From Camelus dromedarius (Eukaryota): a stretch of DNA of 64,000 nucleotides. Positions within the stretch are counted from its first letter, which is position 1. Every line of letters begins with the position of its first letter. Where the stretch lies: positions 83,764,001 to 83,828,000 of the forward strand of contig NC_087436.1 of the NCBI RefSeq assembly GCF_036321535.1, given 5' to 3'. The translations under genes were made by a program, and so were the position numbers. The notes beneath the pieces were generated by a model, which had not been told where the DNA came from, did no database searches, and worked only from the letters and a program-made list of their open reading frames with translations. Below, one piece after another: positions 51,930 through 64,000 of this stretch.

Positions 51930-52500
51930 TTCACTCTTCTCTTTTCCTTCAGATCCAGTCTGTCAGAATAGTTCTGTGCTCCTTCTTTCAAAATAGATCC
52001 TCAATCCATTTTCTCTCCTGGATTACTTCATCATTTATGGACTGTTCCGCCCATTTCTGCCTTTGCTCTTGGTTTCGTGTGTCACTGGGATAAAGCCAAC
52101 TCCTTGAGACGGCGTCCAGGTTTGACATTCCCTGTGCTTTTCTCTCCCCTCCACTGTCTCCTACCTCATCACCCATCCCTCACCCAAGCACTCATTTGTT
52201 CCAGCCGCACCGACTTCCTTGATGTTTCTAGAACGGATCAGATGTGACCTACCTCAGGGCCTTGCATTTGCTTTTCCCTCTACTTGGAACAATTTTCCCT
52301 CATTTATCCATGTGGATTAAGTGTCATTCAAATGTCAGTGAGGACTTCCCTGACCAACTGCACCTAGCAAGTCTTTTCCTCCAAGGCCGCATCCTCTGCA
52401 CCACAGGCTTCCTCCACCTCCCAGCGGAGGCTTCCAGGCTCTTCCTACAAGCTTTATTTCCCTCTGTAGCACTTACCACCATCGGATATTGTTATTTTTT
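51930..52500 (+). mobile_element. L2 3' region
   Basis: 'ctacctcagggccttgcatttgcttttccctctacttggaac…tcaaatgtc…ttccctgacca…tagcacttaccacc'. Confidence 0.8.
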
Positions 52501-52506
52501 GTCTCT

Positions 52507-52862
52507 TTTTTTGATTACCATCTTAACCACTTTTAAGTGGTTTCAGTAGTGTTAGGTAGATTCACATTGTTGTTACCACAGACACAGAAAAACAGAAAAG
52601 TTGTCTAGAACTTTTTCATCTTACAAAACTGAAACTCAGTCCTCACTAAACATTACTTCCCCTCCCTCCAGCCCTTGGCAGCTACCCTTCTACTTTCCGC
52701 TTTGATGATTTTTGACTACTATAGATACTTCATATGAGTGAAATGATACAGTATTTGTCTGCTGTGACTATATTTTTATGCTTAGTGTAATGTCTTTGAG
52801 GTACATTCATGTTGTTACATGTGACAGGATTTCTTCCTTTTTAAAGGCTGCATGATATTCCA
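52507..52862 (-). mobile_element. L1 3' end fragment
   Basis: 'ccatcttaaccacttttaagtg…gaactttttcatcttacaaaactgaaactc…gacaggatttcttcctttttaaaggctg'. Confidence 0.85.
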
Positions 52863-53205
52863 TAGTATGTGGGCTGCTATCACGAAATACTATAGACTGG
52901 GGCTTGTAAATGACAGACATTTAGTTCTCATAGTTCTGGAGGCAGAAAGTCCAAGAAAAGCTGGCAGGCTTGATCTGGTGAGGGCCTGCTTCTTACGGCC
53001 TCCTGGTTCACATATAGCTAGCTGTCCTCTCGCTGTGTCCTCACACAGCAGAAGGGACAAGGGAGCTCTCTGGGGCCTGCTGCCATTCGTGAGGGCTCTG
53101 TCCTCATGACCTAGTCACCGCCCCAAGGCCCCACCTCCAAATACCATTACACTGAGGTTAGGATTTTAACATATGAATTTTGTGGGTCACATTCAGCCCA
53201 CTGCA
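52863..53205 (-). mobile_element. MaLR LTR (MLT1A-like)
   Basis: 'gggctgctatcacgaaatactatagactgggg…ccccacctccaaataccattacactg…acattcagcccactgca'. Confidence 0.85.
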
Positions 53206-54169
53206 ATCATTTTGGCAGGAATATTACCTAATTGGTATTGCATCTTTGGAGCATCCCATGAGGAGCACATAATGTTAGTTTGTTCTGAATTTAAAAATTA
53301 AATTAACCCCAGGCTCAGCAGGCACTCTGTAGGCACACATTTTGTCTATGTACACATTTTGCTAATGATGTACATATGATCAATTTTTAAAATTACATTT
53401 TAGGTAGCATATTTAACAAATAGATCTTTTCTCTTGGGAAAAAAAATAAGGTTGATTGTTTTCCTTCCCCGTCTGGTGAAGGAGAAGTGGAAAAGTTTGC
53501 CAAGCAGACCCTGTGAATGTTGGCTAAAAGAATTATAAATTTGAGATTCTGAACACTGCACCAATTCTTGCCATTTTTTGTCCTTGGACAAGTTATTTAG
53601 TTCTTGGTCACCTTGTTTCATCTTCAAAATAATGGAAAATCATGCTTGCTGCTCACCTAATCTCTCTCCCAAAGGCACTGGTAGTCTAGGCCAACCGAAG
53701 GCGTTCAAGGGATTACTGATTTTATAATTTAAATGAAAGACACACAGAGAGGCAACCCTCTAGCGTTACGCAGACTGTTTTCATAATGAGCTTAACAGCA
53801 TTCCTTGGCAGCTGTCATTTCAACACATTGTACATTTACTGAAAAGTCAACAACAGATGAGACTAGGACAGGCGTATCCTCAAAGGAAGATGAAACAGTT
53901 ATCTCCAAAATCTCCCCTACAATGAAAAACCTGCCATCTTAAATACAAGCTTGTAGTTGAAATGAAGCCCCTTTTTTATTAAGAAAAATTAATGAATCTT
54001 TTGGAAGACAATGGTTTATAAGATGAATAAATCCAAGTCTATTAAAGTAGATGGTCTCATAGTCAAGGCTTCAGGGGAAGGGTGGCATTGTAATTATTAC
54101 AGTGGTATCAGTGTAGAAAACAGATACCATGTAGCTGAACAAAATCAACCATGTTTCAGCCAGTTACTT

Positions 54170-54326
54170 TTTAAAAAAAAATTTATTTTGGTTGGGGGTA
54201 ATTAGGTCAGTCTGTCTGTCTGTCTATCTGTCTATCTATCTATCTATCTATCTGAAGGTACTGGGGATTGAACCCAGGACCTCGTGCATGCTAAGCATGC
54301 ACTCTACCACTGAGCTATACCCTCCC
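54170..54326 (-). mobile_element. Camelid tRNA-derived SINE (vic-1-type) with (TCTG/TCTA)n in its tail
   Basis: 'gggggtaattagg…ggtactggggattgaacccaggacctcgtgcatgctaagcatgcactctaccactgagctataccctcc'. Degenerate TSD cagccagttactttt / tagcaagttaccttt. Confidence 0.9.
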
Positions 54327-56504
54327 TGACTTAGCAAGTTACCTTTTGAGATGAGACCTATACATGTTTAAAAAATACACATAATTATTACAGCGCCCTT
54401 CCTCGGCCATCATCTTGACTAGACTTTAGTTCCTGACAGAGCGGGCTCTACCACTGTGATGGCAGTGGCTGCAGCACTGCTGTTCCACTTCAAAGAGCAA
54501 AGCAAAGAACAAAAAGCATCAACAAAACTCGAGTGTCTTCATCTCTGCTTTCCCACCAGACCATCAGCCTCTCTTAGCCATCTGCCTTCCCAAGTCCATC
54601 TGCAGCTCACAGTTGATCATGAGAAACAATCTTTCACCTACACCTTTATTTGCTTGGCACACTTTTCTCCTGCTGTGCCCTCTCAGCAAAACCTCAACTC
54701 CAGAGAAATTCAGCAATCCATTTTTTCCACTCCTACAACAGCATGGCTGAGTACTGCAGGAGACAGTCACACCATTTGTCCGACTAATACCAGCAAATAG
54801 TCAGATTTCCATTCTCAAGTAGGCTGTTAGCATCTCCTGGAAGTTCTGGGTCAGAACCTCCTTGATCACCTCAACAATCTTTTCCAAATTCACCTGTTTC
54901 TACATGTTCTCTACTTAGCCTTTATCCCAATCTTAGCAGAAACTTAATTTCTTTTCAGAAAAACAAGAACCAAAAAAAAAAAAAAAAAAAACAAAACAAA
55001 ACAAACAACAAAACCCAACTCTAGACAGAATCTCCCTCTAACTTCCTTTATAAAATTTTGGATAGTACTCAAGACAGACATGAGGTAGAAAAGCTGATTT
55101 TTCCCCTTTACATTTTCTCCTTTGTTTTTCTGAACTAAATTACAAATTAAGCTTGCGATTGAGTCCCCACTCATCAGGGTTGTGAGAAATTCAATTTCCT
55201 CCTTGTTGTGAAGTTGTACAAGGATCCAGGAAGCTTGTGTGGGGCCTGATATATGGAGAAAAGGCCTCTAGACTCCCTTATCTTATGAGACAATGTTGAT
55301 ACTAGGTTTCAAACCCGCGGGCCCACCCAAAGACTGGCAGTTTGACTATTTCGTGCCTGTCTTCTGCTTGTTCTTTCGGAGGTGGGGGGGGTACCTCTCT
55401 GCCTGGTGTTCAGTGTACCTGTATGGCCCATATCTAATTCCTCTCTGAGTTTCCTCTCTAATTCCTCTCTTTGAGATGCTTTCAGAGATTGGAGACCCTG
55501 GTCTCTGCTTTTCCCAGGACTTGTCCAAATCTCCATGCCTTCCTGGTTGAAGGAAATTTTCTATCTTTTCTTCTCTATTTCAGTTTTTCGTCTTAAAGTT
55601 ATTCAGCTCTTACCACACTCCCCAAAGGGATGACCTAGCGTAACTCCCTCAATGACTTTCAGCTTTCAAACACAAAAACCTGGGGAAGTCTGCCTTCAAG
55701 AAACTTCTGCTTGACAACCTATAAGAAATGGATAAATTCCTAGAAACGTACAATCTACCAAGACCATAAAGAAACAGACAATCTGAACAGACTAATTATT
55801 AATAAGGAAATGGAATCATTAATCAAAACCTCCCAACAAGTAGAAATCTAGGACTAGGTGACTTCACTAGTGAATTTTACCAAACATTCAGAAAAGAATT
55901 AATACCAATCCTTCTCAGACTCTTCCAAAAAATAAGAGGGAACACCTCCAAAGTTATTTACAAGGCCAATATTACCCTGATGCTAAAACTAGCCAAGGAT
56001 ACCACAAGAAAAGAAAATTACAGGCCAATATCCCTGATGAACATAGATGCAAAAATCCTCAACAAAATATTAGCAAACCAAATTCAGCAGTACATTAAAA
56101 GGATTGTATATCATGTTTAAATGGAATTTGTTTCAGGGATGCAAGGATGGTTTAAATTCACAGATCAATATCTATGACATTAACAAAATGAAGGATAAAA
56201 ATCATAAAATCATCTGAATAGATGCAGAAAAATCATTTGACAAAGCTCAACGTCTGTTCATGATAAAAAACTCTCAACAAAGTGGGTATAAAGGGAATAC
56301 ACCTCAATGTAATAAAGGCCACTTATGACAAGCCCAAAGCTAACATCATATTCAGTGATGAAAAGCTGAAAGCTTTTCCTATAAGATCAAGAACAAGACA
56401 ACAATGATGCCCACTCTTGCCACTTTATTCAACATAGTATTGGAAGTTCCAATGAGAGCAATTAGGGAAAAAAGAAAAAAAGAAATAAAAGGCATCTGAA
56501 TTGG

Positions 56505-56777
56505 TATTTCCTCTTTGTTCCTTTCTTCTTACTTTTGTGGTTTGGTAATCTTCCTTTGTATTATCATGGATTTTATTTAGTTTTTGTGACTCCCTTGTAA
56601 GTTTTTGGCTTGTGGTTACCCTTTTCTGTAAGTCTATTAGCCCATTACTATATCTCAAACTCATCCTACCGAAAACAAAAAATTTTAAAAAAAGAAAGAA
56701 AGAAAGAAAAATACTCTATACTGGAATTTGACACAACATTGTAAAATGATTATAAATCAATAAAAACTGTTTAAAAC
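56505..56777 (+). mobile_element. Young inverted L1-derived insertion nested in L1
   Basis: Perfect 16-bp TSD aaggcatctgaattgg (56489-56504, 56778-56793). Antisense L1-like segment followed by the sense tail 'ctggaatttgacacaacattgtaaaatgattataaatcaataaaaa'. Confidence 0.85.
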
Positions 56778-57198
56778 AAGGCATCTGAATTGGAAAGGAA
56801 GAAATAAAACTATTACTATTTACAGATATTATATATAGAAAAATCTTGAAAACTCCACCAAAAAAATGTTAGAACTAATAAACATATTTAGTTAAGTTGC
56901 AGAATACAAAATCAACACAGAAAAATCTGTTGTGATTTTATACACTAATAACAAACTGTCAGAAAGAGAAATTAAGAAAACAATCCCATTTACAATTGCA
57001 TTAAAAGAATAAAACACCTAGTAATAAATTTAACCAAGGAGGTGGAAGGCTTGTACACTGAAAAGTATAAGAGATTGATGAAAGAAATTGAAGAAAACAC
57101 AAATCAATGGAAAGACATTTCATGCTCATGGACTGGAAGAATCAATACTGTTAAAATGTCTGTACTACCCTCAGATATCTGTGGGTTCAGGGCAATAC

Positions 57199-57628
57199 TG
57201 TTGGGCTGCATCCCAGAGGCCTATAAGCCCTATACTCACTTAGCTTCAAGACTGAAGAAAGATCCTGGAGTCAGGGACAGAGACATCAGTGGTTTAATGG
57301 ATGGGGTAGCTTACTTGTCTGAAGCAAGGTCCTGGAGTGACTCTCCACTGTGTGCGGCTGAGATCGGGCAGGATGTGGTGGCAGTCGCTCCAGGGGAGGG
57401 GGAGGTTAGCAGTTACAGGGGAATTGATTTCAGGTTTGCTCATTGGTTATCAGGGAAACCAGCAGAGGGGCACACCCCTCACTGCCCCTTTGATAGGAAC
57501 AATCACTAGCTGTGGCCTGAGACAAGTGTGTAGGAAGGTCAGTCTCATGAGTAGGGTGAAGGCGAAGCAGGTGCTGGTTGAGCAGGAGATGTACAGGGAG
57601 CAAGAGAACAGCCATCTTGGGTGCTCTG
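57199..57628 (-). mobile_element. LTR-like element inserted in L1 ORF2
   Basis: GC-richer block starting TG that interrupts L1 between 'gcaatac' and 'attccaatggcatttt'. Minus-strand ATTAAA (~57295) and 'ccaagatggctg' near its 5' end. Confidence 0.7.
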
Positions 57629-59439
57629 AATTCCAATGGCATTTTCCTCAGAAATAGAAAAAACAATCCTAAAATTGATATAGAACCACAAAAGACCCCA
57701 AGTAGTCAAAGCAATCCTGAGAAAGCAAAACAAAGCTGTAGGCATTACACTTCCTGATTTCAAACTCTATTACGAAGCTACAGTAATCAAAACAGTATTG
57801 TATTGGCATTAAAATAAGACAAATAGATCAATGGAACAGAATAGAGAGCCCAGAAATAAACTCACATGTATATGGTCAATTAATTTATAACAAAGGAGCC
57901 AAGAATATACAATGGGGAAAGGACTGTCTTTTTAACAGACAGTGTTGGGAAAACTGGACAGCCACATGGAAAAAAATGAAACTGGACCACTATCTTACAC
58001 TGTACACAAAAATTAACTAGAAATGGATTAAAGACTTACTATCAGACCTGAAACTGTAAAACTCCTAGAAGAAAACATAGGTTCCTTGACATTGGTCTTG
58101 ACAATAATTTTCTAAATTTGACACCAAAAGCAAAGGCAACAAAAGCAAAAATAAACAAGTAGGATTATATCAAACCAAAATGCTTCTGCGCAGCAAAGGA
58201 AACCATCAACAAAAAGAAAAGGCAACCTACCAAATGGAAGAAAATATTTATAAATCTTATATCTGATAAGGACTTAATATCCAAAATATATAAAGAACTC
58301 ATACAACTCAATAGAAAAAAAATACAATTAAAAAATGGGTGGTTGATCTGAATAGACATTTATCCAAAGAAGACATACAGATGGCCAACAGGCACATAAA
58401 AAGATGCTCAACATCACTATCATTATTATTGATAAAGAAGATGTGATATATATATTTACACACACACATGTACATACACAATGGAAATTTATTTAGCCGT
58501 AAGTAAGAAGGAAATCTTTTCATTTGCAACAACATGGATGGACCTTGAGGGCACTACTCTTGAAATAAGTGAGAGAAAGACAGATACCATATTATCTCAC
58601 CTTTGTGTGGGGAAAAAAACCCCAAAACAAAACCCAAACTCCTAAATACAAAGACCAGGTTGGTGTTGCCAGAGGCAGGGGGTAGGGAGTGGGTGAAATG
58701 GGTGAAGCGGGCAAAAGGTACAAACTTCCAGTTATAAAATAACTAAGACCTGGGGATGTAATGTACACCATGGTGACTATAGCTAATAATACTATATTGA
58801 ATATTTAAAAGTTGCTTAGAGAAGAGATCTTAAAAGTTCTCATCACAAGAAAAAACATTTGTGACTATGTGCAGTAGTAGATGTTAACTAGACTTAATAT
58901 GGTGATCATTTCACACATACAAATACTGGAACATTATGTTGTACACCTGAAACTAATATAATATTATATGCCAGTTATATCTCAATAAAAAAAGAAAGAG
59001 GGTTAGTGTGCCAGCTAGTTTGAGCTTCTCCACTTTAAGGCCTTTTTATGATCACATCTTAGCCCAAACCCTGACTAATCTATGTCATCCATTTATATGA
59101 ATTATGTTTTAATAATTATAAGAGTTTAACTTACGAGCATTAGAAAAATACGTTGTTGTCTATTCTTAGTTGCAAATTCATTGTGAGGCCACAAATTTAT
59201 ATTCCACTGTTATTCACCACATTGCACTGCTTTCTTAACAAGAATATTTCAAATTTCAAAATTATGAGAATTTCAGGAACAAAATAAATTATTTTCAAAG
59301 GGGAAAAATATATATACATAAAATTTCTGCTCTCTGCTTCCACTAAGCAAATGCCCCCAAGAAAGGGGACACGGATGCCTGGCCACCTCATTGGAAAGGA
59401 GAAACATTTAATAAGAACAAAACACAAACTTATAACTTA

Positions 59440-60230
59440 TTGTTTATTTTGTCACTCTTAATTGTGTCTACATCCAACCTCCCTTTCTTTAGGTTTAAGG
59501 TAATTCCTTAACCCTGACTTTTATATCTTCCTTTTTTTCTCCTCTGATACCCTGATCAGGAATGACCTTTCTTCTTTAAAGAACCTCAACACCTCTCTCT
59601 CTTTCTTACTCAACTTAGAAACGTGCTTCCGTCTCTCATCTGCAAATTGCCCTGCAACCCGTGTCCCTCTTAGGTAGTGTCCATTTCTCTCCTCTTTCAT
59701 AGCCAAACACCCTCAGAATTAGTCTTCTTTGTCTTGTGTCCACTCCTCAAGCCCCAGCTAGTCATCTTCTGACCGAAATTTATTGAAAGCGCAGTTGCTA
59801 AGGTCACTTGTGACTTGCAGTTGTTAACGCCAGTGAAAAGATTTTAATTCTGATTTAATTAGACCACCTCACTGCATTTAACATTGTGAGTTAGCACTCT
59901 CTCTGGAAATAGTCTGTACTGTTTCTACTTATACCCACAACCTTCCTCTGACTCCTTTGAAGGCTTGTCTTCTTCTGGGGACCCTGAACATGTTGGTGCT
60001 TCCCAGGGACTGACCAGGAATCACCACTTTTCTTGTTGTACCTACCCTTCCTGGGTGATTTCATCCATCTTCATACTTCTTTTGAAATAGGTAAAAAAAA
60101 AAAGTCTTAAAAATTTGTATCTGGTGTCTCCTAAATTAAAAGTTCCAACTCTGAGGTTTTTGCAAAGGCTCAGACTTTCATATCTCATGGTCTCCTGGGC
60201 ATTTGTGCTGGGTAAGGAACAAACTCACTC
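59440..60230 (+). mobile_element. L2 RT-region fossil
   Basis: 'gaaagcgcagttgctaaggtcacttgtgac…ctgcatttaacattgt' resembles L2 RT (ETALxKVTNDL…AAFDTV). Confidence 0.7.
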
Positions 60231-60605
60231 TCAGTCTACATATATGGCAGATTCCTAGTGCCTTGTGATGATATTCATGTGTTGCTTCAAATATTGTCTC
60301 ATAGATAGTGTGGAAGTCTACATGGGCTGAATATTTTAGACCTACACCAAACTTGCATAAACAGAGTACATGAGTTTAATGAACCCTATAAATTGTAACT
60401 TTTGGGACAGTGTCCTAAACTTAGTTCCTAAAGTGTCCCATGGGTCTCATGCATTCCAGATTCTTTGACACCATGTATTAAAAAAAAATGGTCAGTCAAA
60501 CCTTATCTCTGGAAAAATATTACACTTGCCTCAGGTGAAGCTTTTTTATGAAGAGTACTTTTGGAGCAACAAAAAGGACAAAAGAGCCGAGACCTCATCA
60601 TTCTT

Positions 60606-61164
60606 TTTTTTTTTTAATTGAAATAAAGTTAATTTACATACAATGTTGTGTTAGTTTTGAGTGTACAGCAAAATGATTCAGTTTTACATATATATATATA
60701 TTCTTTTTCAGATTCTTTTCCATTATAAGTTATTAGAAGATACTGAATATAGTTCCCTGTGCTATACAGCAGATGATTGTTATTTATCTATTTTATATAT
60801 AGTAGTTTGTATCTGCTAATCCCAAGCCCCTAATTTATCCACCCCCTGCTCCCACTTTGGTAACCCTGACTTGTTTTTATGCCTGTGAGTCTATTTCTGG
60901 TTTGTAAATAAGTTAATTTGTATCATTTTTTTAGATTCCACATGTAAGTGCTAACATATGGTATTTGTCTTTCTCTGTCTGAGTTAACACTATTTACAAA
61001 AGCCAAGACATAGTAGCAACCTAAATGTCCATTGACAGATGACTAGAAAAAGAAGATGTGGTATATATATACATATGTGAATATTACTAAGCCATAAAAA
61101 AGAATGAGATAATGGTATTGGCAGCAACATGGATGGACCTAGAGTTTATCATAGTAAGTGGAGT
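60606..61164 (-). mobile_element. 5'-inverted cetartiodactyl-type L1 with 17-bp TSD
   Basis: TSD gagacctcatcattctt at 60589-60605 and 61165-61181. Poly-T plus antisense 3' end runs to ~60985, then the opposite orientation to 61164. Confidence 0.95.
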
Positions 61165-61949
61165 GAGACCTCATCATTCTTAAGGAACAGGTTGCATGAC
61201 TGTTGTGCCGCTTTGCTCCTTGTGGCGGGTTGTATATTTCCCACAGAAAACTAAATGATCTTCTACCATGTGACCTTATCACCCTCCCGTCAAGTTATGC
61301 GAGCTTGTTTCTTCTTCCTCTTGCATTTGGACAAGCCCTGTGGCTGCACTGCAGATAGAGTGTAGCAGAAATGACTCTGCCAGCCCTGGGTATGGCCCTT
61401 CACTGCCCAGATTCCAGCTGTCCTGCTGTGGGAAGCCCAGGCACAGAAAGAGGACATGCTCAGGTGGTACAGCCCCAGCTGAGCTCCCAATCAAGAACCT
61501 ATGAGTTGTACGTGACCAAAGTGACTTGGGGAGATGAGGCATTTTCCCCAGTACTAACAGGGCAAGAATTTCAAAGCTCAGGACCCAGATATTAGGCCTA
61601 TGAAATGTGGTTTGTGGAATAGCAGAATTGTAGCTTCAAATGTTGCCATACGTTACTGGGTGCTGACATGGCTGAGTATAAGTCAGTCAGCCCATAGATC
61701 TGTCATTGTTTGGACCTGGTGGACAAATTGTTCACATACATTGCTAAGACTGCATTTACAATGTATCTCCTTAAGATAAAAGGGAGACAATGAGGAACTA
61801 TGTCAGCCTTTTGCATCCCTATCTTTGCATTGCTTCTTTGCTGCCTCAGGAACAAGCCAAAGCAAAAGCAACCTTGAATGAGTCCAAATCCATATTCTCA
61901 TCCATCCTGAAACCTGGACCTGGTGGCCCGGTACAGTATCTCCATCCCA

Positions 61950-62975
61950 AAGCCCCACAGGCATCTCAGATGCATTGTTTTCCTCGCTGAGCAGACGGTA
62001 TTTCCTCCTGAACCTACCGCCTTTACCATCTTCTCTGTCTCCTCAGGTGTTAACCTCCATGCACCTGTTCACCGTATTTCTCCTCCCTCTTTCACCACAC
62101 TCAGACAGCATCTGAGGCAGCTAATATGACTGCCCAGACGGGGTTTAGGAACCTTTTCCTAAAGCCATTTCAAGATTCTGGCCTTAATCACGTGTCATTT
62201 TGATGAACTGATTCGCCTCCCGGCCTCTAGTCCTGTCTGCCTAAAACCCCCCTTTACTCAGCTGGCAGAGAAAGCGAGCTGCAGGTAAATCTGACCGTGT
62301 CATTTCTTTGCCTCAAATCTGTTATTCTGAAAGCCACACGTGGCTCCCTTGCTCACCTCTGGTCTCATCTCCCATCACTGAAAGCCTTCTCAGAGCACCG
62401 CCCTCTCACAAATCCAGAATGCTTGTCATACACCAAGCTCTTTCTTGCCCCAGTGCCTTTGCTCATGCGACTCTCTGCTTAACATACCTTCTCTCTGTGT
62501 CTGTCCCCACTTCCCAGTCCTCAGCCTGGCTGATGTCTCCTCATTCTTTAGAACAGTAGAGCTTGAAAGAGTCCCTATCCCCAGGCAACACCCCAGGCCA
62601 ATTACAACAGAATTTATGTGAGTGGCTCCCAGAAACGGCTTTTTTTTTTTTTTTTAAAGCTGCCCAGGTGATTTCCATGGTAGCTAAGGCTGAGGACACT
62701 GCTTTAGAGTCATGGTGCTCCTCTTCCCTCCAGATTCCAATGCTCTTTTATGATTCCATAATGTTCTGTAACGTCTCTATTATTACACAGCCCGCAGTGC
62801 ATTATAATGAGCTGCTTACACGTTGGTCTCTCTGGAGCAAATGACTCCTTCAGGATAAGAACTGCGGTTTTTTGGGTTTTTTTTTTTTTCAAATTTGTAC
62901 TTTCAGTATTTAGCTTAGTGACTGGTAGGTACGAGACAATCAATCACCCTTTATGAAAGAAAGAATGAATGAGAA
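61950..62975 (+). mobile_element. L2 3' region with a MER5-like insert (~62550-62705)
   Basis: 'ccagtgcctttgctcatgc' and the L2 end 'cagtatttagcttagtgactgg…aagaatgaatga'. The insert carries 'aaagctgcccaggtgatt…acactgctttag'. Confidence 0.7.
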
Positions 62976-63559
62976 AACAATTTAACTTATGCTAATAAAC
63001 ATCTTCAGAATATTCACATAAAAAGGAAGTGAAATGTCACCCTAATTTGCTCCAGCACTATTCATTTTTTGTTAAGTCCCGAAGCATACAGGCATGAGCA
63101 GGGTGGGAATACAGACAGTTTGCTTTATGATTTGACATGAGGATATTAAGAAACCAGGGCAAGCACTGCAGATTTTGAGGGGACAGGCCCAGGAATGTGA
63201 CACGGGCTATTGAGCTGGCTATGAGATGTAAAGTCTTGCTACAGAGAGAAACAGAAAAGGGAAGCATTTAGGGCTTACTCAGTAACTTCACAGGAAAAAA
63301 AGAAAACCGTTTCTCCTTCATAAGAAACTCCAGTGGGTTGGGATAGGTAGAACATAAATGTGTACTTTTGAGAACTGAAAACACTGTAAAGAGGGAAATG
63401 AAAATTTTGAGCAGAATACTGAGTTATAGAAGAATGTTTGTCAACATTCTGGAACCACTTCAATTCACTAACCTGTTTCTGAGCATCCACATTTCAAGTC
63501 ACTGTGAACTTGAACAACAGAGTCCCTGATACCAAGAAACTTGGTCTAATAATAATGGT

Positions 63560-63790
63560 AATGGGGCTAACAGTATAAATACATATTTTGAGCATCCACT
63601 GTGTGCCAGGCTTTGTCCAAAGGTCTTTATGCAGATAATGCCATCTAATCTATGGTTAACTTACTATTCTCACTTTTTTAGATGAAGAAACTGAGGCTTA
63701 GGGAAATGAAGTCATTTGCCCCAGGTTGATAAAACTAGGATTTAAACTCGTATCTTTTGGGTTCTAACCCATTCTCTGCTTTCTTAATAG
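63560..63790 (-). mobile_element. MIR SINE
   Basis: 'tgagcatccactgtgtgccagg…ttttagatgaagaaactgaggctta…gtcatttgcccc'. Confidence 0.85.
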
Positions 63791-64000
63791 GGGAGATGAA
63801 ACATGTGCACCAGGGATAAAAGTTCGAATGTGGTATGTTATAAGCAAACAGAAGGCCATAAGAGAATGACATACAAAGTTTTACTTCTCACTGGGAGCAG
63901 GTAAAAGCAGACATCGTAGGGAAGATACCTGAACCAGCTCTGATGTGAAGGGTAGAATTTTGTTGTTCTAAGTTTAGTAACTCTCCTTAATTTTTTTTTC

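Larger units (their letters stand above)
55710..58995 (+). mobile_element. 5'-truncated L1 (ORF2 RT region to 3' end, L1MA9-like tail) with two nested insertions and an internal deletion near 58430
   Basis: RT-region sequence 'gaaaattacaggccaatatccctgatgaacatagatgcaaaaatcctcaac' (ENYRPISLMNIDAKILN). Peptide WKDISCSWTGRINTVKM. Ends 'tatctcaataaaaaa'. Confidence 0.95.

Noticed and set aside
57042..57509. Longest ORF (155 aa) as a gene
   Set aside because: It is a chance in-frame fusion of an L1 ORF2 fragment with an antisense LTR, starts at a non-ATG codon, and has no exon context.

Overview
Mammalian genomic DNA, AT-rich and CpG-depleted, most likely from a camelid (camel/alpaca/llama). The evidence is three short tRNA-derived vic-1-type SINEs plus cetartiodactyl-type L1 3' ends. 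I find no recognisable protein-coding exon, RNA gene or CRISPR array. The ORF track is explained by repeat remnants or chance, so the window looks intergenic or deep-intronic. A large part is interspersed repeats: old and lineage-specific L1, L2, MIR, MaLR/ERVL/ERV1 solo LTRs, and Tigger and Charlie DNA transposons. The clearest structural observations are: (1) three 5'-inverted (twin-primed) L1 insertions with target-site duplications, one pairing an apparently inter-ORF segment with a ~55-nt tail; (2) a decayed hAT/Charlie transposase carrying nested insertions; (3) two MER31-like LTRs 2 kb apart. The best functional candidates are unique-sequence blocks: a promoter-like motif cluster at 33.2-33.8 kb (DR0, LXR-type DR4, PBX/PREP decamer, GC box, TATA), an exon-like block with a full CRE at 28.2-28.5 kb, and a small CpG-rich patch at 51.3-51.6 kb. 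I cannot support a novel multi-gene system here. Repeat subfamily names come from recalled consensus sequences, and boundaries are approximate unless a TSD is quoted.
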